DNA of 60,872 nt, the filler included. It is 8 parts of 8 records of this genome, joined end to end, with 100 filler letters (N's around TTAATTAATTAA, not from the genome) between each part and the next. Parts side by side here need not be neighbours in the genome. Positions count along the whole stretch, not along the records: positions 16,743 to 23,020 come from SRR31156797_38765; positions 23,121 to 31,031 come from SRR31156797_38822; 6 more parts are not named here. One strand, given 5' to 3'. Below the pieces are notes generated by a model that was given only the letters and a program-made list of their open reading frames with translations, was not told the DNA's origin and did not search any database. This document shows, one piece after another, positions 19,435-30,286 of the stretch. The first letter of the stretch is position 1; every line of letters begins with the position of its first letter. The position numbers were made by a program, and so were the translations under genes.

Positions 19435-20097
19435 TTACCCGGCCGTATTCCCCGCCAGTTTGAACAACTCATCCAGTTCATAGACCCGGGGAGATGCCGA
19501 CGAAGAAAAGCACGCATTGATCATCGCCCCGGCCACAATATCGCCCTTGACGGGCCGATAGCGGGTGAACAGCCCCAACCGGTTCAGGAAGTACAGCAAT
19601 ATCCCCCCGAGCCGCTCCCCCGAGCGTTTCTCGGGCCTGTCCCCCTCAAGGAGGCTCGGCTGCAGGATATGAAGCTGCTTGAAATTCAGCAGCCGGACAT
19701 CCCTTTCCAGTTCTCCCTTCATGCGGGAATAAAAAGAACGGGCCTTGGGGGAGGCATGGGCGGAAGAGACCAACACATGGCACGGCACCCCGTTTTCCCT
19801 TGCGGCCCGGGCAAAACGGTACTGGTAGGTATAATCCACAAGATACTGTGCCGCCTTGCTTCCCGCCGTTTTAATGGTGGTACCCAGAGCTGAGAAAAGA
19901 ATGTCTCCTTTTACAAGGGCCTGATACCTTTCAGGCGCATCAAAATCGACCACATGTTCCACCAGTTTTTCATGCCCGAGCCCGGAGCTGCGCCGGGTAA
20001 AAATAACCACCCTGCCAAACCTGTCATCTTCCAAAAGCCGGGATACCAGGCATGACCCCACAAGACCGGTGGCCCCGATTACTAACGCTGTTTTCAT
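19435..20097 (-). CDS. NAD(P)H-binding oxidoreductase (TIP30/YraR-like atypical SDR)
   Basis: GATGLVG, SALGTT, VDY, YSRMKGELE, QPSLL. Confidence 0.88.
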   Translation of the reverse strand: MKTALVIGATGLVGSCLVSRLLEDDRFGRVVIFTRRSSGLGHEKLVEHVVDFDAPERYQALVKGDILFSALGTTIKTAGSKAAQYLVDYTYQYRFARAARENGVPCHVLVSSAHASPKARSFYSRMKGELERDVRLLNFKQLHILQPSLLEGDRPEKRSGERLGGILLYFLNRLGLFTRYRPVKGDIVAGAMINACFSSSASPRVYELDELFKLAGNTAG

Positions 20098-20164
20098 CTA
20101 ACCATATTTCCTTTCCATTATTGCAGCAGTGAGATTACTGTCTCCCCCCTGCCAATATCCCCGG

Positions 20165-20214
20165 TTGAAAAAACAGGACAGCCTTGCCCGGCCCCCCAAG
20201 GGGCCGGGCAAGGC
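20165..20214 (-). terminator. Rho-independent terminator of the acyl-CoA ligase gene
   Basis: Perfect 15-bp stem GCCTTGCCCGGCCCC / GGGGCCGGGCAAGGC (20181-20214); T-run follows on the minus strand. Confidence 0.7.
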
Positions 20215-20251
20215 CGGCGACACGGTTATGGAATTCCGTTCCTGGTTATGA

Positions 20252-22036
20252 TCAGTACATGCCTTCGATTGCATCCTCATAGTTTTTCAGGATGATATTC
20301 TTTTTCAGCTTGAACGTGGGGGTCATCATGCTGTTTTCGATGGTGAACTCCGGCACGAGGGTCACCTTTTTGATGGTTTCAAAGGAGGCCAGCTCCTTGT
20401 TTCTCTTCTGCACCTCGCTGTCGATCATGGTTTTGATCTCCGGACGCAGGATAAGCTCGGAATAGCTCTCATAGGAAATCTGCTTTTCCTCGGCATAGGC
20501 TCTGACGTTTTCCTCATCCAGGGTAACCACTGCGGAAAGGTATTTTCGTTTATCTCCCACCACGCAGATCTGGTTGATATATTTGGAGGCGGTCATGATT
20601 CCTTCAATACGGGAGGGAGCAATATTCTTTCCGCCGGCGGTGATGATGAGATTCTTTTTACGGTCCGTGATCTTCAGGACATTGTTTTCGTCAATTTCGC
20701 CGATGTCACCGGTCTTGAGCCATCCGTCCTCGGTAAAGGTCTCAGCGGTTTGCTCGGGCATCTTGTAGTACTCTTTCATCACGTTACGGCCGGAGGTGAG
20801 CACCTCACCGTCGTCGGCGATTTTATGGAACAGCCCTTCTCCGGGAGGGCCCACCACGCCAAAATTATAATTATTCAGGCGGTTGACATGTGAGAAGGAG
20901 GTGTTCTCCGTCATGCCCAGGCCTTCCAGGATCAGAATGCCGGCCCCATGGAAGAACCGGGCGATCTCGGGATTCAGGGGGGCGGCGCCGCTGATGCACC
21001 ATTTCACATTGCCGCCCAGTGCCTTGTGAATCTTAGAAAAGATAAGCTTGGTGGCAAGCTTGTACTTGAGCCCCAGGAGGAAAGGAACGGGCTTCCCGGC
21101 AAGTTTGCATTCGCTGACCTGGCTGCCCACTTCACAGGCCCAGTTGAATATTTTCTCCGCAGCCCCGCCTTTTGCCTCCACACCGCTGATGATCTTGGTA
21201 TGAATTTTTTCAAACACCCTCGGCACACTGATAAACCAGTGGGGAGCGGCCAGGCCGAAATCATCCAGCAGGGTGTCGATCCCCCGGCCGAAGGTGGTCC
21301 GGTTACCGACCTTGATGGCGGTATAGCAGCAGGTTCTGGCAAAAACATGGGCCAGGGGCAGAAAAATGAACATCTCTTCCCCGTCATAAAATTCCCCGCA
21401 ATGGAAAACGGACTGGGCGGTGCTGGTGATATTGTCATGGGTCAGGACAACGCCCTTGGGCACCCCTGTGGTACCTGAGGTGTATACAAGCCCTGCCGTG
21501 TCCCGGGGTGTGACCTGGCGGGTCCGCTCTTCAAAGGCGGCATCGCCGATATCCTTGCCAAGGGCCAGGAACTCGTCATAGGTAATCACCCAGTCATCTG
21601 CCGGGGCCTCGCCGTTGAATAGGATGACCTTTCGGATATTTGAAATGCTATTTCGGATCTCCAGCAATTTATCAAGCTGGTTCTGGTTTTCGGCAAAGAC
21701 AAGAACGGCATCGGAATGGTTTATGATATATTCGCAGTCAGGGGCCAGGTTGGACTGATAGATACCGACGGTACCCGATCCCATGGTCATGCTGGCAACA
21801 TCGGTAAGAATCCATTTATAGCAGGTATAACTCAAGATATTGATCTTGTCCCCTCTCTCGACGCCAAGGGCGATAAGGCTTTTGGATACAGATTTGACCT
21901 GATCGTAAAATTCCTGCCAGGTGATGGATGTTGCATTGGTGTTTGCATCAAACCATCTGTATGCCGGCGCATGGGCGTACTGGTCAACGGTCTCGCAGAG
22001 CATCTGGTGAAAATTGGCGTAATCTTTAAACTCCAT
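20252..22036 (-). CDS. Long-chain-fatty-acid--CoA ligase (AMP-dependent synthetase)
   Basis: YTSGTTGVPKG, LPLAH, EGLGMTE, TGDIG, DRKKNLIITAGGKNIAP; SD GGAGGA before the ATG at 22036. Confidence 0.92.
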   Translation of the reverse strand: MEFKDYANFHQMLCETVDQYAHAPAYRWFDANTNATSITWQEFYDQVKSVSKSLIALGVERGDKINILSYTCYKWILTDVASMTMGSGTVGIYQSNLAPDCEYIINHSDAVLVFAENQNQLDKLLEIRNSISNIRKVILFNGEAPADDWVITYDEFLALGKDIGDAAFEERTRQVTPRDTAGLVYTSGTTGVPKGVVLTHDNITSTAQSVFHCGEFYDGEEMFIFLPLAHVFARTCCYTAIKVGNRTTFGRGIDTLLDDFGLAAPHWFISVPRVFEKIHTKIISGVEAKGGAAEKIFNWACEVGSQVSECKLAGKPVPFLLGLKYKLATKLIFSKIHKALGGNVKWCISGAAPLNPEIARFFHGAGILILEGLGMTENTSFSHVNRLNNYNFGVVGPPGEGLFHKIADDGEVLTSGRNVMKEYYKMPEQTAETFTEDGWLKTGDIGEIDENNVLKITDRKKNLIITAGGKNIAPSRIEGIMTASKYINQICVVGDKRKYLSAVVTLDEENVRAYAEEKQISYESYSELILRPEIKTMIDSEVQKRNKELASFETIKKVTLVPEFTIENSMMTPTFKLKKNIILKNYEDAIEGMY

Positions 22037-22263
22037 AAATCCTCCTGTGATGAATGAACCTGCTATTACTGATACCTGTTTGTTGCCCCCGAAGAAGGGG
22101 ATAGCTATATTTTTTTTCTGATTACTTTGAAGCCATAACATTCCTTATTTCTAAACATTTTTTTTTATAACCGAGTCACCATAACACAAGATTATTTTTT
22201 TTAACAGGAGTGAAAATCAGGGGAGTAAAAATATCATGGGGGGGCCGTTGAAAGGCTTCGGGG

Positions 22264-23020
22264 TCACGGCCTGTCCAGGGGCAACCGGATAATAAAAGTC
22301 GCCCCCTTGCCGGGTTCGGATATCACATCCATGGTGCCGCCGTGGTTTTCAGTAATGATGAAATAGGAAACAGAAAGGCCAAGGCCCGTGCCGACCCCCA
22401 CCGGCTTGGTGGTAAAGAACGGCTCAAATATCCGTTTTTGGGTGGCTTCGTCCATGCCGGGACCGTTATCCCCGATCTCCAGGCGCATCATGTTGGTGTC
22501 CGGTTCCCGGGAAAGCCGCAGGATGAACCGGGGCTTGTCCCCACTCTTTTTTTCCATGTTTTCCTGCATGGCCTGGGCCCCGTTGCTTAAGATATTCAGC
22601 AGCACCTGCTGAATTTTGGCTCCCTCACAGGGCACCATGGGCAGATCATCTTCATACTCCTCCCGGATCTCGATCTGCCTGAAGTCATAGTGCTTTTTAA
22701 GATCATAATCGGTACCCGCCAGGTCAAGGGTTTTGTGAATAAGGTCCGCAAGGTCGTGGGAAGAGACCCGGGTATCGCTCTTCCGGGCAAAGCTGAGCAT
22801 GTTGTCCACAATCTCAGCCACCCGGCGTCCGGACTCGTTGATGGCTTCGATCATGCGCAGGATACCACGTTTTTCCATAAAGGCCATGATCGTCTCAATA
22901 TTGGTACCGACTTCCCCGGCGGCACTTTGATTGGCAGGGATATCAACATTGGTCAGGCGATTGCCCATGACATTGGCGGTCTGGATCATTCCGGCCAGGG
23001 GGTTGTTGATCTCATGGGCC
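22264..23020 (-). CDS. Sensor histidine kinase, C-terminal part (5' truncated)
   Basis: AHEINNPL at the contig edge, QQVLLNILSNG, DNGPG, FEPFFTTK, GTGLGL. Confidence 0.92.
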
Positions 23021-23120
23021 NNNNNNNNNNNNNNNNNNNNNNNNNNNNNNNNNNNNNNNNNNNNTTAATTAATTAANNNNNNNNNNNNNNNNNNNNNNNN
23101 NNNNNNNNNNNNNNNNNNNN
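23021..23120. other. Artificial contig linker
   Basis: 44 N + TTAATTAATTAA + 44 N. Confidence 0.99.
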
Positions 23121-23434
23121 AGGAAAAATGTGGCGGTTGCCTCAATTGCCAGCAGGGAACCGAAAACATCCCCCACATAGGCGGAGTAGAGCGACCAGTT
23201 GGTTCCAAACTGAAACTCTAGGGTAATGCCGGTGACCACACCGACGGCAAAGTTGATGAGAAACAGTTTGCCCCAAAATTTTGTCATCTTGAGGTACATC
23301 TCGTCCCCCGTTTTGACATATTTGGTCTCCATGTAGGCCATGATAAACGAAAGTCCCAGGGTCAACGGGACAAACAGGAAATGGAACATGGTGGTGGCTG
23401 CAAACTGGATCCTCGACAGTAATAACGCATCCAT
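23121..23434 (-). CDS. cydA: Cytochrome bd ubiquinol oxidase subunit I (3' truncated)
   Basis: LSRIQFA...[11 protein letters not shown]...[32 protein letters not shown]. Confidence 0.95.
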
Positions 23435-23527
23435 AAATTTCCCTCCTTAATTAAAATTGGTTCTCTTCGTCCTGCGAAATAATATAAAATGTTCTTCCTG
23501 TTGGAACTGTTGTAGCACCCGTCATTA

Positions 23528-23965
23528 TCATCGCGGCGTTTCCAACTGATCCGTGCAGGCGTTTTCATCTTCAAGCATCTGTTTGAAATTTGTCCGTTTG
23601 AGGGTGTTGCGGAGTTGGTCCCGGGCTCTTTCCCAGACCTGGTGTGCCGAGCATGCCGGTGCGCGCTGGCACGATTCGGGTCGAATGACGCAGTCATTCA
23701 GATAAATCTCGCCGATAACGGCTTCCACCACATCGAGCATGGTAAGCTTGTCCGGAGATAAAAGCAGGCGGTAGCCGCCTTTGGCCCCTTGAACGATTTC
23801 GACGATTTTCGCTTTGGACAGCTGCTGTGCAATTTTGCCAAGGAATTGATCCGGTATCTCCATGGCCCGGGCGATTTCTCTACGGCTCGTGGTCACCCCC
23901 TCGCCCTGACGGGAAAGGTAGAGCACACATCGAACAGCATATTCACCGGCTCTCGTCAGACGCAT
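23528..23965 (-). CDS. Rrf2-family transcriptional regulator with three Cys
   Basis: MRLTRAGEYAVR...GAKGGYRL...C-x6-C-x5-C (CVIRPESCQRAPAC); real start inferred at 23965, not 24208. Confidence 0.92.
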   Translation of the reverse strand: MRLTRAGEYAVRCVLYLSRQGEGVTTSRREIARAMEIPDQFLGKIAQQLSKAKIVEIVQGAKGGYRLLLSPDKLTMLDVVEAVIGEIYLNDCVIRPESCQRAPACSAHQVWERARDQLRNTLKRTNFKQMLEDENACTDQLETPR

Positions 23966-24133
23966 GATTACCCTACCCTTACTGAGCGATTGTCGAGCGG
24001 GAGCCCTATGGATTGAATCGACAAATCCACAACCACTCGGATCTTCATAATTTCTGCAGGCGATAGACGCAGCCCAAATAGTCGCTTCGCGATATGATGG
24101 GAATGCTTTGTCCGAACGCACAAAATATGATAA

Positions 24134-24178
24134 ATAAGATACTATTAGTCCTATATTGTTTACGCACTCATCTGTCAA
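24134..24178 (-). promoter_or_regulatory. Sigma-70 promoter with overlapping Rrf2-type operator
   Basis: TTGACA at 24178-24173; imperfect palindrome ATAGGACTAATAGTATCTTAT (24154-24134) over the -10/+1 region. Confidence 0.55.
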
Positions 24179-24301
24179 GAATTTTTTATCGCGGTTATTG
24201 GTGCTCACGCGGGTCGTGGATTACAGTGGTTTGACTTTCTGAGGATAAACTTTTTGCCCAATAAAGGTAGCGGGCAAATTGGTCATTTCTGGTTGGGCAC
24301 T

Positions 24302-26050
24302 TTATGCGTGTTCCCAGAAGCGTCGATATCGCGGGCTGTCCGAAAGGAGAGCGGCGTGGTTCCCCTGGGCAACGACACGACCGTTGTCGATAAGGATGGA
24401 TTCGTCCATTCGGTGAATGTCGATCATTCGGTGTGTGATCAACACCACGGTTTTCCCCGCTGTCCGTTCCAGGATGGCCTGCATCAACTGGCGCTCGGTC
24501 ACACGGTCCAGCCCTTCGGTGGGTTCATCCAGCACCCAGATCGGTGCATCGTGAACAAAGGCCCGGGCAACCGCCAACCGTCTGGCTTGCCCGCCGGAAA
24601 GCATTTTGCCGGCCTCTCCAACCCAGGTGTCCAGACCGTCGGGAAGACTGTCGACAAACGGCAGCAGTTGGGCCGCCGCCAGCGCTTCCCGCAAGTCTCT
24701 CTCCGTTGCTCCGGCGCGCGCCATGAGAAGGTTCTCCCGTAGGCTGGTGCTAAAGATGTGGGCCTGTTGGGAGACCACGGAGATGCTCTGCCGCAGATCC
24801 GATTCTCCCAGCGTACGAATGTCCACGTCGTCGATGCAGAGACGGCCCGATGCCGGTTCCCAAAATCTCACCATCAGATTTACGATCGTGCTTTTACCCG
24901 AACCCGTCGCCCCTAAGACGGCGACACGTTTGCCTGCCGGCACCTGGAACTTCAGACGGTCCAGGACAAGAGGGGACTTTTCATCATAACGAAAGCTGAC
25001 ATTGTCTACTGTCAAACCGTATCGATTCGGGAGGGAGTGGGACCGTTCCGGGATTTGAACGGCAGACTCCGATGTTACGATTTCCATCAGACGGCGGCCG
25101 GCCTCACGGGTCCTGCCCAGGAACTGAAAGGCCGTTGGCAGCGGCCAAACGGCTTCATACGAAGCCATGACAGCCAATGTTACGAGGGCGAGTGCAGCCC
25201 CGCCATACTCGCCGGCCATGTCGATGCGGTCAACACCGAGGTAGAGCACGAAAGTAACGGAAAGTCCGGAAATGAGGGTAATCAATGCACTGGTAAACCC
25301 TGTGATATGGCTCATGCGGCGCTGGGATGCCAGGAGTCTCTCGCTCTCTTGACGAACCGCATCCAGGTGATGCGTCTGGGCCCCGTACACCAGCAGTTCC
25401 GGCAATCCCTGAAGACCCTCAACGATGCGCACCCTCAGTCCTGCGCTTTGGCGAGCGAGTCTACGCCCGGTTTCTGTACCGAACGATACCGCGGCAAACG
25501 GGACCATGACGCCGGCAAGCGTTAGAAAAGCAAATGCGCAAACAGCGATGACCGGATCAAACAGCCACAAAAGGCAAAAAAGAAGAACAGAGACAGCCAG
25601 TGCTGCGGCAGAAGGTGACAAGACGCGTACATAAAGATTGTCCAGGGTGTCGATATCTTCCACGAGTCGGTTGAGTACATCTCCGCTTCGGTATCTGGAA
25701 AGGCAGGCCGGCGCCAGTGGTTCGATATGGCGATAGAACCATACCCGGAGGCTTTCAAGTATTCTGAATGTAGCATCGTGGTTGACGACCCGTTCGCCAT
25801 AGCGTGCCAGGGTTCGGCCAAAGGCAAACAGGCGTACCCCGATACTCGGCAAAAAGAAGTTGAACTGCCAGGTGCCGGCAGCAGACAGACCGGCAATCGC
25901 CGTCGCAGTCAGAAACCATCCGGCCAATGACAACAGCCCCACGGCACTTCCAACGGCAACCACCCCCAGCAGGATACCCAACAGCATCCTTTTCATATGG
26001 GTCTTAAACAGTCGGAGAAAGGGGCCGAGTTCCTGGGGTCGGTTACCCAT
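24302..26050 (-). CDS. cydC: Thiol reductant ABC exporter subunit CydC
   Basis: GLLSLAGWF, RYGERVVNHDATF, Walker A GATGSGKST, LSGGQ, LDEPTEGLD. Confidence 0.93.
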   Translation of the reverse strand: MGNRPQELGPFLRLFKTHMKRMLLGILLGVVAVGSAVGLLSLAGWFLTATAIAGLSAAGTWQFNFFLPSIGVRLFAFGRTLARYGERVVNHDATFRILESLRVWFYRHIEPLAPACLSRYRSGDVLNRLVEDIDTLDNLYVRVLSPSAAALAVSVLLFCLLWLFDPVIAVCAFAFLTLAGVMVPFAAVSFGTETGRRLARQSAGLRVRIVEGLQGLPELLVYGAQTHHLDAVRQESERLLASQRRMSHITGFTSALITLISGLSVTFVLYLGVDRIDMAGEYGGAALALVTLAVMASYEAVWPLPTAFQFLGRTREAGRRLMEIVTSESAVQIPERSHSLPNRYGLTVDNVSFRYDEKSPLVLDRLKFQVPAGKRVAVLGATGSGKSTIVNLMVRFWEPASGRLCIDDVDIRTLGESDLRQSISVVSQQAHIFSTSLRENLLMARAGATERDLREALAAAQLLPFVDSLPDGLDTWVGEAGKMLSGGQARRLAVARAFVHDAPIWVLDEPTEGLDRVTERQLMQAILERTAGKTVVLITHRMIDIHRMDESILIDNGRVVAQGNHAALLSDSPRYRRFWEHA

Positions 26051-27854
26051 GTCCATCCTCCTCTTGCAGCCGGTTTGACAACCGGTGAAACACGCCGCCG
26101 GCCTCGCTCAATGCAGTAAAAGTGCCCTGTTCCACGATCCTGCCCCCGGACAGGACCAGAATCCGATCGGCCTGTTCCACATCCGCCATGCGATGGGTCA
26201 CGGTCAGTACGGTGCGGCCGGTAGACAGTTGATCCAATGCCCCAAGAACCAGGTGTTCATTTTCCACATCCAGTCCGGCTGTGGGTTCGTCCAGCAGCAG
26301 GATCGGCGCTTGTTTCAAAAAGGCCCGTGCCAATGCGACCCGCTGAGCTTGCCCCCTGGACAGGCCGTACCCACGCTCCCCGATAACCGTATCCAACCCC
26401 ATGGAAAGAGGGTGTACAAACTCCAGTACTCTCGCTGAACGTGCAGCATCCATGACAGCCTCCGTTGAAGCATCAGTACGCCCCATGCGAATGTTGTCCC
26501 GGATGCTTCCGAAAAAGATGAACGGCTCCTGACCGATCCAGGACACGATTCGTCGCAGGCTTGCTGGATCCAGGCGGTCCGTGGGGATTCCATTGGCCGT
26601 TATCTCTCCCCGGTTCGGCTGGAGAAATCCGAGCAGTAGATCGAGCACCGTCGTCTTTCCCGCACCACTTTCGCCAACCAGTGCAATTTTTTCACCGGCG
26701 TGGATTGTGAAGCTGATGCCATTCAACGCGGGTCGCCTGCCCCCGTCGAAAGCCAGGTGCACATTGCTGAAACAGACTCCGACACCGCCGGAGGGTTCGA
26801 AAGGCAAAGGTTTGTCGGGACCGGTGGGCACCGGCACAGAAAGCACCTTGAGGATTTCCCTGGCAGCACCGACGGCTTCGGCCCGCGCGTGGTAATGGGT
26901 GCCAAGCTCTCTTAACGGCAGATAGAATTCAGGCGCCAGCAGCAAAATGAAGAACCCTCCTGAGAGGGTTAAGGGCAGCCCCCATGTACCGAAATCATAG
27001 TACCCCAGATACGTCATACCAAGGTATACCGCAACAATGGCAATGGCGATCGCGCTGAAAAACTCAAGGATAGCGGAAGATAGAAACGCGATGCGCAGTA
27101 CACTCATGGTCCGTTTTCGATAGTCGCGTGAGACCCGGGCAACGCTCTTTTCTTCAGCGCGGCTTTTATGAAATAATTTAAGGGTTGGCAACCCCTGCAA
27201 AACGTCCAGAAAATGCGCGCTCATTCGTGACAGCGCCTGAAAGTTGCGTTGACTGACACTTTCCGCCCCCATGCCGACCAGTATCATGAACAGGGGGATC
27301 AGCGGGGCGGTGACCAGCAAAAGGCCTCCGGCTGCCCAACTGACCGGAAAGACAAAGGCCAAAATGGCGGCGGGAATCGTTATGGCCAGGGCCATTTGCG
27401 GAAGATAGTGGGCAAAGAAGCCGTGAAGCCCTTCCACCTGTTCCATAACGGTGCTTGTCAGTGCACCGGTGTTTCGGCCGGTCACATAGGCTGGGCCGAG
27501 CCGGGTGATATGTGCCATGAGGGTAGCACGAACTTGTCGACGAATTTTTACACTGGCCTCGAAGCCCGAAACCTCACGGCCCCAGCCGAAGAGCGACCTG
27601 ACCAGACAAATGCCCACAAGCGCAAGGAAATAGGGCCAGAGCACTTCCCGATTTTTTCCTTCGATCACCGCACCGTGGATGATGCGCGCCAGAAATCCGG
27701 CCTGTACAATGAGCAGCATCCCGCTGCCCAAACCCAACCCGACGGACAGCCCGATCCAGCCCCTTGCCGGTGATAGCTGTTTAAACAACCAGCGCAACCC
27801 TGTTTTCGCATCGGTGCTCTGACCGTCTGATTCTTTTAAATGTTGAATTTTCAT
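26043..27854 (-). CDS. cydD: Thiol reductant ABC exporter subunit CydD
   Basis: YLPQ, PLIPLFMILVG, LLLAPEFYLPLRELGTHYHAR, GESGAGKT, LDEPTAGLD. Confidence 0.94.
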   Translation of the reverse strand: MKIQHLKESDGQSTDAKTGLRWLFKQLSPARGWIGLSVGLGLGSGMLLIVQAGFLARIIHGAVIEGKNREVLWPYFLALVGICLVRSLFGWGREVSGFEASVKIRRQVRATLMAHITRLGPAYVTGRNTGALTSTVMEQVEGLHGFFAHYLPQMALAITIPAAILAFVFPVSWAAGGLLLVTAPLIPLFMILVGMGAESVSQRNFQALSRMSAHFLDVLQGLPTLKLFHKSRAEEKSVARVSRDYRKRTMSVLRIAFLSSAILEFFSAIAIAIVAVYLGMTYLGYYDFGTWGLPLTLSGGFFILLLAPEFYLPLRELGTHYHARAEAVGAAREILKVLSVPVPTGPDKPLPFEPSGGVGVCFSNVHLAFDGGRRPALNGISFTIHAGEKIALVGESGAGKTTVLDLLLGFLQPNRGEITANGIPTDRLDPASLRRIVSWIGQEPFIFFGSIRDNIRMGRTDASTEAVMDAARSARVLEFVHPLSMGLDTVIGERGYGLSRGQAQRVALARAFLKQAPILLLDEPTAGLDVENEHLVLGALDQLSTGRTVLTVTHRMADVEQADRILVLSGGRIVEQGTFTALSEAGGVFHRLSNRLQEEDGHG

Positions 27855-27932
27855 GAGAAGGTCCCAGACCCCAAACTGAGCAGGTAGCCGACAGTCACAA
27901 CGAGTGTTTATCTACGAGAACGCTGTCCTGCC

Positions 27933-28610
27933 TTATTTTTTTCCCATCCCCACATGCCAGTGCGCCGCTTCCTCCTTAAGGGTTTTGTCCAAAATGGCCC
28001 TACGACTGTTGCGGACCTCTTCGACGATGGCCTTTCTTGCACCGGTCACATCATTGGCCACCAGTCGTTCAATCACCAGAGCATGAATGTCCTGCAATTT
28101 TTTGCCTGCTTTTCGCATCACCATGAAACGGGCCAGCCTGTCGAGAATACGGCGGATGGCATCGGCAAGCTCCTGATTTCCAGAGGCCTTGGCCAAAAGA
28201 TAGTGAAACCGTTGGTTTTCTTCAGTATAGCGCGTATAGGCCCGGTCATCGTCTCCCGTATAACCGGCATGGACCTGTTTTAATTCCTCCAACTGCTCCG
28301 AATTGATGTTTTTGGCGGCTCTTTCAATCGCAGCAACTTCTAAGATTTCACGCATTTCAAGCATGTCACGCAACTCTTTGAGCGTAATTCTGGTTACGAA
28401 GTATCCCGACCTGGGCTTGATGGTGACCAGCCCTTCTTGACCGAGCATTTGCAGTGCATCCCGTACCGGGGTAATGCTGGTACCAAACTGTTTTTTCAGA
28501 TCTTCGATGGCCAAACGTTCACCTGGCTTGCGACGATCCAATATAATCTCTCCCTTCAATTTGGAATAGATTCGATTTTTGGCAGTACGCTCGCGGTCCC
28601 TTGCAGACAT
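27933..28610 (-). CDS. GntR-family (FCD) transcriptional regulator
   Basis: PGERL...SITPVRDAL..L..EGLV; FCD NQRFH...ASGN...H. Confidence 0.92.
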   Translation of the reverse strand: MSARDRERTAKNRIYSKLKGEIILDRRKPGERLAIEDLKKQFGTSITPVRDALQMLGQEGLVTIKPRSGYFVTRITLKELRDMLEMREILEVAAIERAAKNINSEQLEELKQVHAGYTGDDDRAYTRYTEENQRFHYLLAKASGNQELADAIRRILDRLARFMVMRKAGKKLQDIHALVIERLVANDVTGARKAIVEEVRNSRRAILDKTLKEEAAHWHVGMGKK

Positions 28611-28771
28611 TGCGGTTTTCCGTGGTTGTGGGTGGTTTGAATGAACAGGGTGATATCTCTTCCTGACTGGATCTGCACGCCCTGCTTTATTGCTGACAAT
28701 GACTTGATGTGCAACAAAAAAATTGACTTTACAATTTATCTAACTTAGTTGTTGATGCAATATAAAAATAA

Positions 28772-28785
28772 ATTGATATATCAAT
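28772..28785. promoter_or_regulatory. Candidate GntR operator
   Basis: Perfect 14-bp palindrome ATTGATATATCAAT directly before the SD of the divergent methyltransferase gene. Confidence 0.65.
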
Positions 28786-28796
28786 GGAGGCAAAGC

Positions 28797-30248
28797 ATGA
28801 TACCTACAAGTGAAATCCGAATGGCCAGTGCCCACTATTCCCGCATGGGGAGGGAAGAGTGCGACCGCATTCACATCGCAACACTCGAAATCCTTGAACG
28901 GACCGGTGTAGACGTTCACGATGAGAAAGCCCGGAAAATTCTCGTGAATGGGGGTGCCGATGCGGACGGTGTGCGTATACGGCTTCCTGAATTTATGGTG
29001 ACCAAGGCATTGGCGAGTGCGCCCGGGCGTTTGACGCTTTATGACCGGAATAAAAAGCCCTCCCTTCGTGCCTGGGGCCACAACACCTACTACGGAGGTG
29101 GTTCAGACTGTCTGACCGTGTTGGACCACAGAACCGGTGAACGCCGTGAACCGCTGCTTGAAGATGTTGTCACCGCAGCCAAAGTGATGGACTTTTTACC
29201 CGAGATCGATTTTGTCATGTCACTTTTCCTTCCAAAGGATGTGGATCAGCGTATCTACGACCGTTACCAGATGGAGGTGATGCTGAACCATACAACCAAA
29301 CCCATCGTTTTCGTCTCTCCGGATTTCCAAGGGTGCAAGGCAGCAGTGGAGATGTGTGAAACCGTGGCAGGCGATGCCGAATCGTTCCGCCGCCACCCTT
29401 TTGCCACCTGTTACATCAACGTTACCTCCGGTTTGGTTGCCAACGAGGAGGCCCTGCAAAAATGCATGTTTCTGGCGGAGAAGCGATTGCCGCAATTGTG
29501 GATCCCGTTAAATGCAGGCGGCGTTAACTCGCCGGCCACGATCGCAGGGTGCATGGCCTCCATGAATGCCGGTATACTTTTAGGCGTGGTGTTGTCCCAA
29601 TTGGTCCATCCGGGCTCTCCCATCGCAGTGCCGGGCTGGAACGGCGGCCCTTACAACTTGAAGACCATGGTAGGGAACTACGTTTTGGCCGACGAACAGG
29701 GCGTACCCACGAGCATGGGTAAATACTACGATCTTCCTGTTTTCGGGTTGGGTGGTTCCACCGACGCCAAGGTGCTCGATCACCAGGCCGGAATGGAGTG
29801 CACCATCAGCCTCATGACGGCACTCCTCCATGGCGCCAATATCGTCCACGACGTAGGCTTCATGGATTCAGGTCTGCAGGGCTCTTTGCAGCTTCAGGTA
29901 TTGGCCAACGAAACCATCGGTTTCCTTCGGGCAGCCACCAGGGGGGTCGTTGTGGACGAGGAGACACTTGCCCTTGACGCCATCGATGAGCTGGGTCCGA
30001 CGGGAAACTTTCTGCAGCACCCGCACACCATGCGTCATTATAAAGAACCGTTTTACTCCAAATTGTACGACAAAGGGCCTTATTCCCTTTGGGAAAAAAA
30101 CGGCAGCCTGACAGTGGAGGAGAAGGCCTCCAAAGAGGTAGACAGGATCTTGGGAGCCCATTTCCCTGAACCGCTCTCCAAAGAGATTCAGGAAAAAATA
30201 TCATCCATCGTGAAAAAAGAGCAGGCGTGGATCGACAGTGTAAAATAA
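28797..30248 (+). CDS. Trimethylamine methyltransferase (MttB) superfamily protein, non-pyrrolysine
   Basis: IH.ATLEILERTGV, TTKP, SPATIAG, GGSTDAKVLDHQAGME, GP.GNFL.HPHT; no in-frame TAG; SD GGAGG. Confidence 0.92.
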   Translation: MIPTSEIRMASAHYSRMGREECDRIHIATLEILERTGVDVHDEKARKILVNGGADADGVRIRLPEFMVTKALASAPGRLTLYDRNKKPSLRAWGHNTYYGGGSDCLTVLDHRTGERREPLLEDVVTAAKVMDFLPEIDFVMSLFLPKDVDQRIYDRYQMEVMLNHTTKPIVFVSPDFQGCKAAVEMCETVAGDAESFRRHPFATCYINVTSGLVANEEALQKCMFLAEKRLPQLWIPLNAGGVNSPATIAGCMASMNAGILLGVVLSQLVHPGSPIAVPGWNGGPYNLKTMVGNYVLADEQGVPTSMGKYYDLPVFGLGGSTDAKVLDHQAGMECTISLMTALLHGANIVHDVGFMDSGLQGSLQLQVLANETIGFLRAATRGVVVDEETLALDAIDELGPTGNFLQHPHTMRHYKEPFYSKLYDKGPYSLWEKNGSLTVEEKASKEVDRILGAHFPEPLSKEIQEKISSIVKKEQAWIDSVK

Positions 30249-30286
30249 ACCCCACCGTGTCCGTTTACCGAAACAGGAGTATGCAG

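Noticed and set aside
23966-24208. 81-aa N-terminal extension of Rrf2
   Set aside because: Runs through the promoter and operator; the Rrf2 fold starts at MRLTRAGEY
28797-30248. Possible pyrrolysine recoding in the MttB homologue
   Set aside because: The frame is open throughout with no in-frame TAG
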